From the NCBI GenBank assembly GCA_964276515.1, contig OZ193910.1, forward strand, positions 3,720,001-3,784,000: a stretch of 64,000 nucleotides of DNA, read 5' to 3'. Of this stretch, positions 13,283 to 25,810 are shown one piece after another. Position 1 is the first letter of the stretch. Each line of letters starts with the position of its first letter. Source of the stretch: Gordius albopunctatus. Its lineage: Eukaryota. The notes beneath the pieces are model-generated. The model was not told where the DNA came from, did not search any database, and worked only from the letters and a program-made list of their open reading frames with translations. Made by a program: the position numbers and the translations under genes.

Positions 13283-15059
13283 TTAAAGTTTCCCTCCATC
13301 GTATCGATCAGGTGGTCTGGATACCCTTTTGTGTTCTAGAATGTTTCGCTCGGACACCGCACCTTGGTCAATTGTTTTTCTTTCCCGTAACTGATCTCCG
13401 TGTTTCCTTCTTGTATTTCCGTCTATATTAACGTCATACGTAGTCGAACTTGTTCGGGCTTCTACAAGTCCTTCCCTCCATCCCGGACTTGTGTCATTAT
13501 GTACCCACACCTGCTGCTCGGGTTCGAAGAATCTTTCTTGGGTCCATCGGTTTTTATAGTACTTTTGTTTCCAGATTGATTCTTCAACCTTGTCGCGAGT
13601 CGTTCTTCTGAGCTGATCTAGCGTCGTACGAATCCTTCGATTGAACATCGCCTCAGCCGGGCTAATACCTGTAGTCACGTTTTGACTACTACGCATGCTC
13701 ATTAATACTTGTAGTAAGTTTAACGAGTCATTTACCCCCGACTTTTTATTCGCATAGAACACACTTTTAATAGTTCTAATATATCTCTCGGCTAAACCAT
13801 TAGTTTTGGGGTGGTAGGGCGGTCCCGTAAATTGAACTATGCCATTGTTTTTACAAAAAATTTTAAATTCCGTAGATTTAAATTGTGGGCCATTGTCACT
13901 GACAATATATCTAGGTAACCCAAAACGTGCAAAAATTGTCCTTAAATTTTGGATAATTTTTGTTGAGTTTATCTCGCCTAGCACCATTACTTCGGGCCAT
14001 TTTGTAAAAGCATCAATGCACACTAACCAATACTTCTTATTGATGGGTCCCGCTAAGTCTATGTGGACCCGTTCCCAAGGCTTGTTAGGGACGTTCCAAG
14101 CGTATAGGGGTACCTCTCTAATGTTTGGTCGTTCTTCTTGGCAATGTTTACAGGTATTAACGTATTTTTCTATGTCTAAGTCAATATTATTCCAGTAAAC
14201 ATAGTATCTCCCTAATGACTTCATAGCCACGATTCCCGGATGACCATCATGTAGAATTTTAAGAATACCTGGCCTTAATTTTTCCGGAATTATAAGTCGA
14301 TCTTTATAAAATAAAAGATTATTTTCGAAAGAAATGTAATTTCTTAATTGCAGGTATTTTCGTACGTTATCGTTATTTGAAGACCCTTGCCATCTATTTT
14401 TAAATTGCTCTATAACTTCTTTTAGTACATTATCTTTTATTGTTTCCTCTACAATATTTTTTGTATTCAAAGTCAAATCATCGATTAATTGTAATTTAAT
14501 TCTTCGTATATCATTATCTATGTTTAAATTATGAGGTGAATCCTTTGGGCATAACCGAGAAAGTGCATCAGCACACTGATTAGATTTCCCTGAGATGTAT
14601 TTTATATCATAATCATATTGAAGTAATTTAATTGCCCATTTTAGTAACCTATTAATGGTTATTTTACTAAGATCCCTGGTTGTCCCAAAAATATTTATAA
14701 GAGGGTGATGATCTGTCTGAATTGTGAATTTACGACCATAAATATACTGATGGAATTTATTTATCGCATAAATTACTGCCGATGCCTCTCTGTTGATGAC
14801 GGAGTAATTTTTCTCGGCGGAATTTAGGGAACGAGAGGCGTAAGCAATAGGTTTTTCTTGGCCAGAGGAAAACTTATGCGCTATAACTGCTCCTAAACCT
14901 AAATCTGACGCGTCTATTGAAATTATGATAGGCAATTCTTTTTGATAAGGCACTATAGTTTTTCTGTTTGAGATTGCAGTTTTAACTTTTTCAAAAGTTA
15001 ATTTTTCTAAGTCGCCCCATACCCATTTTGTATTTATGGAAGTTAATTTGTATAAAGGA
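13283..15059 (-). pseudogene. gag-pol: gag-pol 3' part (RNase H, integrase)
   Basis: IDASDLGLGAV, TDHHPL, LHDGHPGIVAMK, C..C, HIDLAG, SDNGPQF, NGLAER. Confidence 0.9.
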
Positions 15060-18000
15060 AACACTACCTACGACGGTCCCAAGTCCGTGTGCAAAAAGTG
15101 GAGGGTTGGCGTCAGGTCGGAAACCGGCTATAAAAATCAACTCCAAAATTTATGATAGTTTCAAACGAGACTTTACAAGAAAAGGCTAGGGCGTCCTCCA
15201 CAAACGACGCGCACTGCATACCCCGCCCGTGCAATGTGAAAAATACACTAGGGTTACTGCCCAACTCACAACGAAGGCGGTTAAGGAAACTAGTTGTGGA
15301 AAGAATGCGAATTACGTGCTGGAATGTGGGAACGTTGACGGGGAAGAGCATCGAGGTCGCACAGATGTTAAAAAGAAGAAAGGTACACATCGCCTGCCTA
15401 CAAGAGACGAGGTGGAACGGAACGAAAGCTCGGGAATTAGGAGAAGGATACAAGCTTTTCTACAGTGGGTCACCAAATCGTAGAAACGGGGTCGGTATCG
15501 TTCTAAGTGAATCGTTCAAGGACAAGGTGGTGGAAGTCAAACGTTGTTCCGACAGGCTAATGTGGGTGAAGATTGCAGATCAAGGGGGCCTCCTAACCGT
15601 TATGTGCGCGTATGCTCCCCAAATTGGGTGTTCGGAATCAGAGAAAGACATATTCTTCGAATCATTGGAAAAGGAAATACAAGGAATCCGACAGGAAGAA
15701 AGGCTAATTATTGGGGCCGATTTCAACGCTCACGTAGGGAAAGATCGCCTCGGGTATGAACGCAATCAGGGAGGCTATGGGCATGGTCTGAAGAACAAAG
15801 AAGGGGAAAAACTTCTCCAAGTATCCCAAGCATATGACATGGCGATCGTTAACACCTATTTTCAAAAGCGCGAAGATCATATTGTGACCTATAGAAGTGG
15901 GAAGCATTTTAGTCAAATCGACTATTTGCTTATACGGCGAAAGGACTTATGGAGTATCAAAGATTGCAAAGTAATACCGGGAGAAGAAATCGCCAGGCAA
16001 CATCGTCCCCTTGTTATGGATCTTGACAGAAGAGTATTTCCCGAAAGAAGAAAGGTATATGAACCTCGAATTCGATACGAAAGGCTAAAGAATACGTCGA
16101 CGAACGAAGAATACCATCAAAAAGCCTCCTCACTCTTGGGTGCAAGGAAGTTGCAAAGGGACGTAGACGAAGATTGGGAAACGCTATCTAAGGACATTAA
16201 GGAAACAGCGATTCGTGTTCTAGGACAGACCAAAGGAGGCAAAGCTATGAATAGGGAACTATGGTGGTGGGATCAATCGGTTAAAGATTGCATCGAAATA
16301 AAGAAAAATCTATATAGACGGTGGCATAAATCAAAAAAGTCGGAGGATTATCAAGAGTACAGGGACGCAAAGAGGGCCGCAAAAAAGGCCGTTGCAAAAG
16401 CGAAGAATGCTGCGTACACCGAGATGGCAAACAAACTGGATCATAAAGGGGGCGATAGGCTTATGTACAAATTGGCCAAGATAAGGGAGAAGAAAAGTCG
16501 AGATGTCGGAGTTCTTAAAATAGTCAAAAGCGAGAAGGGTCAAACCTTATTCAAGCCGAAGGAAGTGATGGAAAGGTGGAAAGGATATTTTAAGAAACTT
16601 ATGAATATTGCAAATGACAAGGATTCCCTTCCCGAAATTGAGCCAAATATAAGTATGGTCGAACTCTTTCAGAAGGATGAAGTTAGGACACAAATGAACA
16701 AGATGCAAAAAGGAAAAGCAAATGGCCCAGATGGAATACCTATGGAAGCATTGCTCGGATGTCGTGAAGAAGGAGTCACCACCATGACGAACCTCCTTAA
16801 CAAGATATTGGTAGAAGAGCGAATCCCTAATCAATGGAGAGCAAGCACGATTATACCTTTATTCAAAGGGAAAGGAGACCCTCAGGACTGCGGCAATTAC
16901 AGAGGTATCAAGCTAACTTGCCACTCCTTGAAGCTTTTGGAAAGGATCTTAGTAACAAGGCTGAAAAACGAGGTGGAAATATCGGCTAATCAATTCGGAT
17001 TCGTGGCCGGCAAATCCACAATCGACCCAATCTTCGCCCTAAGACAAATGATGGATAAGTATGGTGAAAAGAGGAAAGACCTACATATGGTTTTTATCGA
17101 CTTGGAGAAAGCTTATGACACGGTCCCCCGCGATTTAATTTGGTGGTGCCTGAGGAAACAAAATATCCCTGACGCATATATACGGCTTATGAAAAATATC
17201 TATGAAGCCTCAAACTCTTGCGTTAGGACGACAGTTGGAGACTCTAAACCTTTTCGGGTTAATATTGGATTACATCAAGGCTCTGCTTTAAGTCCCTTTT
17301 TATTTAATATAATTATAGACACGATAACGAGGGACTTTCAAAAGCCATCGCCATGGTGTATGCTATATGCCGATGATATAGTACTATGCGAGGAAACAAG
17401 GGAGAAGGTATTCGAAGAAGCAGAAAAGTGGTCAAAGCGCTTAGCTGGATATGGTTTAAAGGTCAACGATCTAAAAACGGTATACATGGAAATGAACGGT
17501 ACAAGCACCCCATCGCTGGATGACCACCTAAAGTACCCAAAAGTAGACAGGTTTAATTACCTCGGCTCTATGCTACATCAAGAGGGAGGTTGCGCAACTG
17601 AAATCAATGCCCGGATTCAAAAAGGATGGCTTAAATGGCGAAGTATATCCGGTGTAATGTGCGACAAGAAAATGCCAATATGGTTGAAGAGCAAAGCTTA
17701 CAAATCCATCGTAAGACCGGTGTTACTCTATGGAAGTGAAACATGGGCGTTAAACACCACGGAAGGAAAGCTATTACAAGCCACGGAGATGAGAATGATA
17801 CGGTGGAGCTTGGGGTATACTAAGCTCGACCATATGACGAATGACTTTCTCATGACAAAAATGGGTATTCAACCTATGGCGGACATGATTAACGAAAATC
17901 GGCTAAGGTGGTATGGGCATATACTAAGAAGGGACCCGGATGACGTAAATCGAAAAGTGCTAGACATGAAAATACCGGGGAAGAGAGGAAGAGGACGACC

Positions 18001-18150
18001 CCGTGTCACGTGGAAAAGGCAAGTCGATAAAGTTATGGAAACTAAAGAGATTCGTCAAGACATGGCACTAACCCGGTCAAGATGGAAGAGACTCATCAAA
18101 ACAAACCCCACCAATGTGGGACCAAATAACTGATAAAGAAGAAGAAGAAG
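15060..18150 (+). mobile_element. Full-length RTE-clade non-LTR retrotransposon
   Basis: 15-bp TSD AATTTGTATAAAGGA (15045-15059 and 18151-18165), short 5' UTR, single ORF, (GAA)n 3' tail. Confidence 0.95.
15152..18133 (+). CDS. RTE ORF: apurinic-type endonuclease + reverse transcriptase
   Basis: 993 aa, uninterrupted. WNVGTL, LQETRW, GADFNAH, SQIDY (APE). NYRGIKL, QFGF, FIDLEKAYD, GLHQGSALSP, YADD, YLGS (RT). RLRWYGH..R C-terminus. Confidence 0.95.
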   Translation: MIVSNETLQEKARASSTNDAHCIPRPCNVKNTLGLLPNSQRRRLRKLVVERMRITCWNVGTLTGKSIEVAQMLKRRKVHIACLQETRWNGTKARELGEGYKLFYSGSPNRRNGVGIVLSESFKDKVVEVKRCSDRLMWVKIADQGGLLTVMCAYAPQIGCSESEKDIFFESLEKEIQGIRQEERLIIGADFNAHVGKDRLGYERNQGGYGHGLKNKEGEKLLQVSQAYDMAIVNTYFQKREDHIVTYRSGKHFSQIDYLLIRRKDLWSIKDCKVIPGEEIARQHRPLVMDLDRRVFPERRKVYEPRIRYERLKNTSTNEEYHQKASSLLGARKLQRDVDEDWETLSKDIKETAIRVLGQTKGGKAMNRELWWWDQSVKDCIEIKKNLYRRWHKSKKSEDYQEYRDAKRAAKKAVAKAKNAAYTEMANKLDHKGGDRLMYKLAKIREKKSRDVGVLKIVKSEKGQTLFKPKEVMERWKGYFKKLMNIANDKDSLPEIEPNISMVELFQKDEVRTQMNKMQKGKANGPDGIPMEALLGCREEGVTTMTNLLNKILVEERIPNQWRASTIIPLFKGKGDPQDCGNYRGIKLTCHSLKLLERILVTRLKNEVEISANQFGFVAGKSTIDPIFALRQMMDKYGEKRKDLHMVFIDLEKAYDTVPRDLIWWCLRKQNIPDAYIRLMKNIYEASNSCVRTTVGDSKPFRVNIGLHQGSALSPFLFNIIIDTITRDFQKPSPWCMLYADDIVLCEETREKVFEEAEKWSKRLAGYGLKVNDLKTVYMEMNGTSTPSLDDHLKYPKVDRFNYLGSMLHQEGGCATEINARIQKGWLKWRSISGVMCDKKMPIWLKSKAYKSIVRPVLLYGSETWALNTTEGKLLQATEMRMIRWSLGYTKLDHMTNDFLMTKMGIQPMADMINENRLRWYGHILRRDPDDVNRKVLDMKIPGKRGRGRPRVTWKRQVDKVMETKEIRQDMALTRSRWKRLIKTNPTNVGPNN

Positions 18151-20123
18151 AATTTGTATAAAGGAGCGCAATTTATCTGAAGGTTGGGGATAAAAGTTTC
18201 TAAATAGTTTACCAACCCAAGGAAAGAACGAAGTTTCTTTTTGTTTTCGGGTGTTTTAAAACTTTTAATCTTTAGAATCTTATCCTCACTCGCTGTTATG
18301 CCTTCACTATTAATTATATGTCCTAAGTATTTGACAGACTTTTTAAATAGTTGCATTTTTGTTTGAGATGTTATTAACCCAACCGTTTGAAAGAGATTTA
18401 ATACTGTTATTAATTTGTTTAAGTGATCCTTTTCGTTTTTACCGCTAATTATAACATCGTCCATAAAGACGCTCACCCCGGGTATGTTATTAACCAATTG
18501 TCTCATAAACCTATGAAAGATAATCGGCGCTGTTGTAAGCCCAAACGGTAATCTCTTAAAACGAAAATATCCTATATGCGTTGATATGTTTAAATATTTC
18601 CTTGATTTCTCATCAAGTTCAAGTTGTAAAAAGGCATCTTTGAGGTCAATGATAGAAAAAATTTTACCTCCGGCTATTCTTTCAGCCACGTCGCTGAAAG
18701 TTGGTAAAATATCCTGATCTTTAGCCAAGTGTTGATTTATGGTTAAACAAAAATCACCACATATATGCACCTGCCCTGTTTTCTTCTTAACATTTACAGT
18801 TGGCGTAGCCCATTTAATTGTCGTTAAAGTAGGATTAATTTTTTCAACGATGTCTTCGTTGAGTAGCCGTTGGAGTTCATCTTCTACAGCTTGTCGTAGT
18901 GGAAACGGTACTCTTCTCGCTGCAAACATTTTTGGCATCGCGTTATCATTGATTTCGAGTGTCACTTTGAAATCTTTTACTTTTCCTAATTTTTCGGAAA
19001 ATACGTGGGGAAACTGTTTAATAATCGCATGTACATTTGAAGGTATTTCAATGATAGAGTTTAGGCAAACCGACTTTGGTAGAGTTAAGTTAAATTTTGA
19101 GATAAATGGCATACCAAATATTGCTGAACCTTTATCTTTGATGACATAAATATCTAAGTACTTTGTCACACCACCAACTTCCACCTTCACTTTGGTTTTA
19201 CCAAGTGTTGCAATAGCCGTTCTACCATAGCCGTATATTTTCGGAGCTTGGTAAAGTTTAGGCTTCCCGATTCGAGACCACGTTATTTCATCAATTACGC
19301 TACATGTCGCACCCGTATCGAAGATCATTTCATAGGGCACATCGTTAATGCGTACGTTGATGTGTGCTTTGGTGTGATGATCGGAGTCGTGGTTGATGGC
19401 TGATAACGTATTCGTCACCGTTCTACAATTTTTTGCTATATGGTTTGGTTTCCCACACCGATAAAATTTAAGGGGTGGCTTTTTCCTATATGTGCTAAAT
19501 TTAGGAAAATGTACATCTTTTTTGTTGAAGTTATTAAACGACTGCTTAACCTTGTTTACTTCAACAGCCCCCGATGTTTCGTGTTCTACCGAATCTAACG
19601 CCAATGCTAGATAAACTGTTTCTTCGAAACTTATGTTACCTCTCGGATACTTAGCTCTTAACTCAATGTTAAGCCTTGGTAAGTTACATTCTAGGACAAA
19701 TATGTCCTTTAATACCTCGTCTAGATTATTTCCAAATTTACAGTTTTTCCAAAGAAATTTCAACCGAATACTAAATTCAATAATAGTTTCGTTATTTCTA
19801 CTTGCCTTATAAAATTGTTCTCTATGGTGGTAAATAGAAAACTTATTGACGAATATACTCCTAAGGGCTTTAATTATCTCATCGTAATTAGTTTCGTCTA
19901 CTAATTTTGGATATAAAAAGTCTCTTATTTTTGTTAGATTGTTAAAACCTACGTAAGTGAGTAACAAAGTTTTTCGCCTTTCTCCCGTGATATCTCTCAA
20001 CTTGAATAAGAACTCAATATTAAATAAATAGTCATCAATCGAATTACTTGGATTATACAGAATTGAATCCTTTAATTCTTTTGAGTAATCGCAAGAAAAA
20101 TTCGTCTCAGGTTTGATGTCCAT
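18151..20123 (-). pseudogene. gag-pol: gag-pol 5' part (Gag, zinc knuckle, protease, RT), disrupted by RTE insertion
   Basis: FYRCGKPNHIAKNC knuckle, FDTGAT protease, WATPTV, FMDD. The frame continues at 15044 after removing the LINE and one TSD. Confidence 0.9.
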
Positions 20124-20496
20124 CTGAAAATAATATGGATAATAAATTATTTAAGTTGAACGAGGTAGGGAGCGTCTTCTACACCAGGTTGAGTTTAAGG
20201 TCCAAGGGTTTCTAAATCCTCGTCGCCATTATAACGTATCTGGTTTATTTGGTAACATAAAATAAACAAGTGACTATTGTAATCATAATAACACGTTTAA
20301 ATAGCCATTCGATTTACAACCAATTAACAATCAATTAACATTGCGTTTCAATTCGAACGCTCGAGGTCATGCCAATTAGGTAGATAGTATTTGCATACAT
20401 TACACCGCCCTTCTCTTTAACACTAGGAATTAAGTCTGTGTTGTTGTTTAATACTCTACTATTACATCTCTACTACTACCATTGCTGTCGATTTAA

Positions 20497-20790
20497 TACA
20501 AAAACCCTTAACTTTTATGTTTACTCCCCACCCCTAATTTAATTTTAACAATTTTCGCCCCCCCCCTAATCCAAAACCTGGCTACGCCCATGCCGCTCGG
20601 TTATTTTTTGTGTATCTTTAAATTTTTTACCAAAATTAATTAATATTTAGTATCGTATGAGGGGATATTTATTTTTAATTGATAAGCAAGGTACCAACTC
20701 GAGTAATAAAATTTACAATAGTTTAATGGAAAAAATTTAATAGCGATTTCCGTTTATGAGTTATGTTTGTTTTACGAAACAAAGTCGACA
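20497..20790 (+). repeat. Paralogue of the sequence flanking the first Gypsy element (empty-site-like copy)
   Basis: Matches 4904-4934 joined to 9596-9829. Includes the CCTGGCTACGCCCATG MITE terminus. Confidence 0.8.
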
Positions 20791-22299
20791 CATAGTCAGC
20801 CATCAATTTTCTAGAAAAAAGTTTATGGGAATTTGGGCATTCAATTTTCTATATAGCTACTACTAATAACTCACTACACTGCTAGCAGTGGTTGTGACCT
20901 ATTAAATTACAATCTTATTCACTCCTCATCCCTTTTTCCTTAATTGAATTTAAATTTTACTTTGTCCCTAATCCCCTTTTTCCACTTCGCTTGTAGGAAA
21001 AATTTTTAATATTAATATAAGTTTGTTTATAAATTATTGGATTCTTTAGGTTTATTAGTTTTTATAAAATTGTTTAAAAAATATAATTACAGAAACTAAT
21101 TTTTTCAGGTAATTACAGACATTAATCACTAATTCTATTTAGGGTGATGTAAAGAAAGTGTCCAACCTCTTCCAATATTGTTATGTGTGTATCCTTAGAA
21201 GAAGAATGACAAAATCGGTGACTCAACTGTATGAAAGAATTTTCAGTATTCCTTGCATAGATTACGAAAAACCCTTCGCCCTACATGTTATATGCAATTC
21301 ATGTTATTGCGACTCGAGTTTGTACCTTGCTTATCAATAAAAAATAAATATTCCTTCATATAATACTATTAATATATTTTGGTAAAAAATTTGATTCATT
21401 GGGGGGGGGGCGGCCGTTACCCCCTGCCCCCTCCCCCTAGCTACGCCCATGCCGTGCGGCAAACAAATAAATACCGCAAAAATTCGTTTATAAAATATTT
21501 TGTATATTGACAGCAGTGGTATTAGTGAGCAGTGCTATACGACGATGTTTCGGGTATGAAATTTAGTATTGCATGCGCGCACGTCATCCCAGATGCGAAT
21601 TTATTTTAGGAGGCCTAATGCCTTTAATGACAGGTTTTTTGGCTATACGGCATATTAAATAGGTTTGACGAGGTCGAATTTCCTGGGTGAGCAAATAATT
21701 TTGCTGGTTGCGCATGGTGGTATTAATATATTTGGTTTGTTACCGGAACGTCGCACGTAATTCGATGAGAGATAATACCATCGTAGTCAGGTCCAAGGTT
21801 ACCGTCGTTAAGTTCATAGCTCCTAAGTGATTATGATAGGCGGAGTTGCATTTTATGCGAGTTACACTTGATGACAATTTTTTTACGCTTAGCGATATCG
21901 CTTGTGCCCGTGTCAGCACCTATAGCTGATGTGTTGTATAGCGAAGTCACTGATAATTTAACGGAAATACTCGTACTCTTTTGGTCGAGAGGCCAGCAGC
22001 TCTTATTAAAGTGGGGCCCCTAAAACCACGTGACCAAGCACTATTTAAACAAGAAAAAGACATCACACCACATTCGCTCCAAATTTTTCTTTCACGTGTT
22101 TGCGCATACTGCCCTCTCTGCTTTTATACCTTATTTTCTCCCTAAATGCCTCGCTCTCTTGGGGAAATCAAAAAAGTCTTTGGGTCGTATGAAACGAAAA
22201 CATTGGGTAAAGTATCATGAACTCAGATATCCGTAGTCAATCGTTAGTCATGGATGTGACGTTACCTTACAACAACCCCACCCCCTCATTTTAGCAAGT

Positions 22300-22560
22300 T
22301 CGATAGGGAAGTACGACTCGATTTCACGGCAAAATAAGATCGAAAAGACCGAGCCAGAAATCGCTCAAACTTTGAATACAGTTCGTTACGTACGCTTGAA
22401 CAAGGATTAAGAGAAAACGTATGCAGCCAGAAACTCAGGTCCGATGACCGTGCTGAGAGAGATCAACACTTGGGTTGGAAGAACTTATCTTGAAGCGTAT
22501 GGTGTTGTGGATGCGCTTCTTCATCCTCCCCCCCCCCTTTCTCTGTAAGATGCTGCGTGC
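22300..22560. repeat. Diverged dispersed repeat, inverted copy at about 27860-28110
   Basis: TCAACACTTGGGTTGGAAGAACTTATCTTGAAGCGTATGGTGTTGT resembles the reverse complement of ACAACATCATACCCTTCAAGATAACCTCCTCCGACCCGAGTGTTGA. Confidence 0.5.
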
Positions 22561-24885
22561 TAACACCATCTGCGCTAGCAAGGCAAGCGAACATTAAGGA
22601 GATCCTTGAACTGTAACCCCACAATATATATTGATCTCCCCATTTTTATCGCGTATCAGAAGACTCTTTCGCATTCTTCATTTATATATATATATTTATT
22701 TTTCTCAATGTATGCGCATCATATTATTCCTATATATCTACATTCGCAATAATTCTAATTCAGTTATAATAAAGTAAGAAGACATAAATGGTGCTCTAAT
22801 TAGTTTCTTATTAATAAATCATTGTTTTTTTTTTATTAAAAACGATACCTTAATTAATTATCAAAGTCATGTTCAATTGCCCATATTCACTGTTTTAATT
22901 TTATATTTTCTTATATTGTAATTAGTAAAAATACTATTACATAAATAGCTAAAAGAATATAATATAGAAGGCGCTAATGTTATTTTAATTGATGACATAA
23001 ATTTATTGTGTAATATGGTTTGCTCAACGGTTTTTACAGAAGGTTAGATGGTAGTTATTACCATGGAATTCTGATAATCACGAATGATAGGAATGTTGCA
23101 AGTTAAATATAAAACTGGAGTGCGAAAAGAAGTGAAGGCAAGTGAGGTAAAGGGGATTCAAGTTAAGTCATTGGAATGATTATTGTCTTATATAGACTTT
23201 TTTATCCATAGAACAACTCCTCAGATAGATTAGATGTTCTACACAATTTTTAATATTTACAATATAGTTCCTAATTTTTCACCTAACTTAAGTTTTGCTC
23301 TTTGTTAAGGTCTTTTGTTAGGTGATATTAGCTTATATAAATTTTTATTAACAATAATTACAATTCAGTTAAATAACTAGCGTATAGTTTGTTAATTTAT
23401 GTCCTTAAGATAGCTGACTACATCCGTACTTATGAAATATCAGCTTACGCCAGTCTATAGTATTTCAAGTCTATGATTAGTTTACAACTTTCATCGCATA
23501 TAACCATAGAATAGATAGACTGCTCATGCCATATGTTGCAAATGGTTAATTATGTGTCAATTTTTCATCCATTTTGAAGAGTGCAACTGGTGTATTTTAA
23601 CCAAGTAATTTTGCCCTATAACAGTCAATTTACCTTTCTTACTACTTCACTACAGTGGATATATTTGCCAAATCTAACGCCTCTCCCGACCTCATCTCTT
23701 CTATTGAGTGCTTTACACAATCCGAAAACGTTTTTTCAAACTAACCATTACATACCAAACAAGGTCATATAGAGTAGAATGCTAACCAAGTGCATAGTAC
23801 AAAACCTACGGGACACATATTTAACAATTAGGACATTAAAGAAATATTTACTCGGGGCCTCGAGAAAAAAACAGGACCTCTCAAATACAAACGAGATTTA
23901 GATAAATTAGAAGAAAAGAAAGCAAATGAGACATGAAATTTTGGATTGAATGATATTTATACATCAAATAAATTTGGTACTCAAAATGTGTGCCACAAAT
24001 TCGTGTCGATTATTTACATATATCAAACCTCTTACTATTTTTAGGTCGTGTCTAGGTTGACAACGCCTTAGCGTTGGGGTTAGAGAAAGTGACTTTGCAA
24101 GATATTAACCAAGGTAAAGGTTAGTGATTAATTCCCCAAAAGTATTCTGCCCTGTCCAACAACCTACTTAGAACACTGTCGTGTGCCGTATTCACTCAAC
24201 AGTCAATACAAATTCCCTCACCCCCCAAACAAGAGCTATAGTGTGCCGCGCTTATTTAACACTGCTCTATCATCCTCGCATTTCCCATATATTAAATATA
24301 ACAACGTATAGGATAAGCTAAGTGGGTAGGACACAAGTATTGAGCAAGATAGGTAGGTGAACCCCAAGCCAGGTTCGAAAGAGTCATATATAAGTCTTAT
24401 CTTACTATTTTAATTTTGTTACCTGTTAAATTGCTACTCAAACATGAGTGGATTTAAACTTATAGCTTATCATTAACCAACACTCTCTCACGTAATTTTA
24501 TCAGTATCTCTTCGCATGTCTTTGTTACCTTATGTCTTTAGCAAAAAGCTATTAATTATTTTTTGAGATAAGGAGTTGATAAAGAGGAAGAGATGAATAA
24601 ATAGCTTTAATTCCTATAAATTTATTGTAGCTTCCCTAAGTTTAAAATCCCTAACCACATACAAAGCAGGCATAGTTTAATTTTCTTACTTTAAAAATAA
24701 TTTATCTCTATCAAAATTGATACATAAGTCGTATGTAAAATCGACCATATTCCACCATTCATATTATAATGATAATAAATGGTAAACCAGACCAGTACAA
24801 GGTCTTTAGCTATCGAGACACGACGTGCAAAAATATAAGTTAGGGTGAGGGATTGGTATTTTGAGCCATTTCTTCTTCGTTTTCC

Positions 24886-25810
24886 TTAGTTATAAGCCTT
24901 CCACAATATTTCCGGCATATCCAGCCAAGGCAAATCTGACGCCAAGTAGAAAAGGTATCGTTCCCGCTCCGTATCACCCAATACGGCCTCGAGTTCGGCA
25001 AATTTAACCCAAACCGAAACGTTAGCCGGCCCGAACTCGAGCCATTTGGAGTAGAGGGTGCTGGCTCTATCAAATTCTCGCAATTGAATTTCCAGATTTA
25101 CGTAGCCACGAAATAGCTTGTTATTGGGGCACATACCTATAGAATGACCCTGAAAGTAACGATATATTTAAAGAAGAAATTAAATATGCCGTTTAAAATG
25201 TAATTAAGCTATCAAGATCATTAAGTTGCAGAGTGCTTATATGAACTCCTTTTTAATTTTAGCAGGAGACCGCTAATCCAAACCCTTATCTGGATTTTAT
25301 AAGATTTAAACTCTAAAACTTAAACTTTAATTAGTTTTAAGAAAATTTTAGTACGTCACTACTACCACACCCGAGCTATACCATCGTGGCGCCAACTAAA
25401 CCATTTATCGATACATAAAAATGTCACACAAAATGGTTAAAAAGTTGCCTAAAACACTCTACATTATGTTCATTTAGTTCTAGCAAGTTAGAGGCAAAAA
25501 CTTATTTAAATTTAAGAAAGTATCCAAATAATTTGCCCTTTTAATGATGACTCCTAGTTCAAGACAACAATTTAATAATATAAAAGCAAGAAACAGAGCT
25601 TGAGCCTTACTAATATTTTTCGTGCAGCACCCAGGTTTTTTTGCCGTATTTCGAAGTGGGCGAAGTAAAGCCAAACCTTGGCGAAAATAAACCTTTTGTG
25701 GGGTATCACCTTCAAGCAAGTCTTGTATATTTGACACGTCCGTTTGATATCTTTGGCATCGAGCTCCTCGTAAAAGGCGTAATTTATCCACAAGTAAATA
25801 TATCGGCGCG
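24886..25810 (-). pseudogene. crn: Crooked neck (CRNKL1/Clf1/Syf3) two-exon gene fragment
   Basis: Exon ~25810-25611 [16 protein letters not shown]...[12 protein letters not shown]...AARKIL. GT-AG intron 25610-25150. Exon 25149-24886 GHSIGMCP..KLFRGY..LEIQLREFDR...LDMPEILWKAYN-stop. Its 5' side is fused to CRE RT sequence. Confidence 0.85.

Larger units (their letters stand above)
13096..20404 (-). mobile_element. Full-length Ty3/Gypsy (Mag-like) LTR retrotransposon interrupted by an RTE LINE
   Basis: 175-bp LTRs at 13096-13270 and 20230-20404 (3 mismatches). 5-bp TSD CCGCC. PBS TGGCGACGAGGAT (tRNA-Ser-like). PPT AAAAGGGGGAG. Confidence 0.95.

Noticed and set aside
18096..18150. Poly-Phe C-terminus of the 675-aa ORF
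   Set aside because: It is the antisense reading of the RTE (GAA)n tail, not part of the Gypsy protein.
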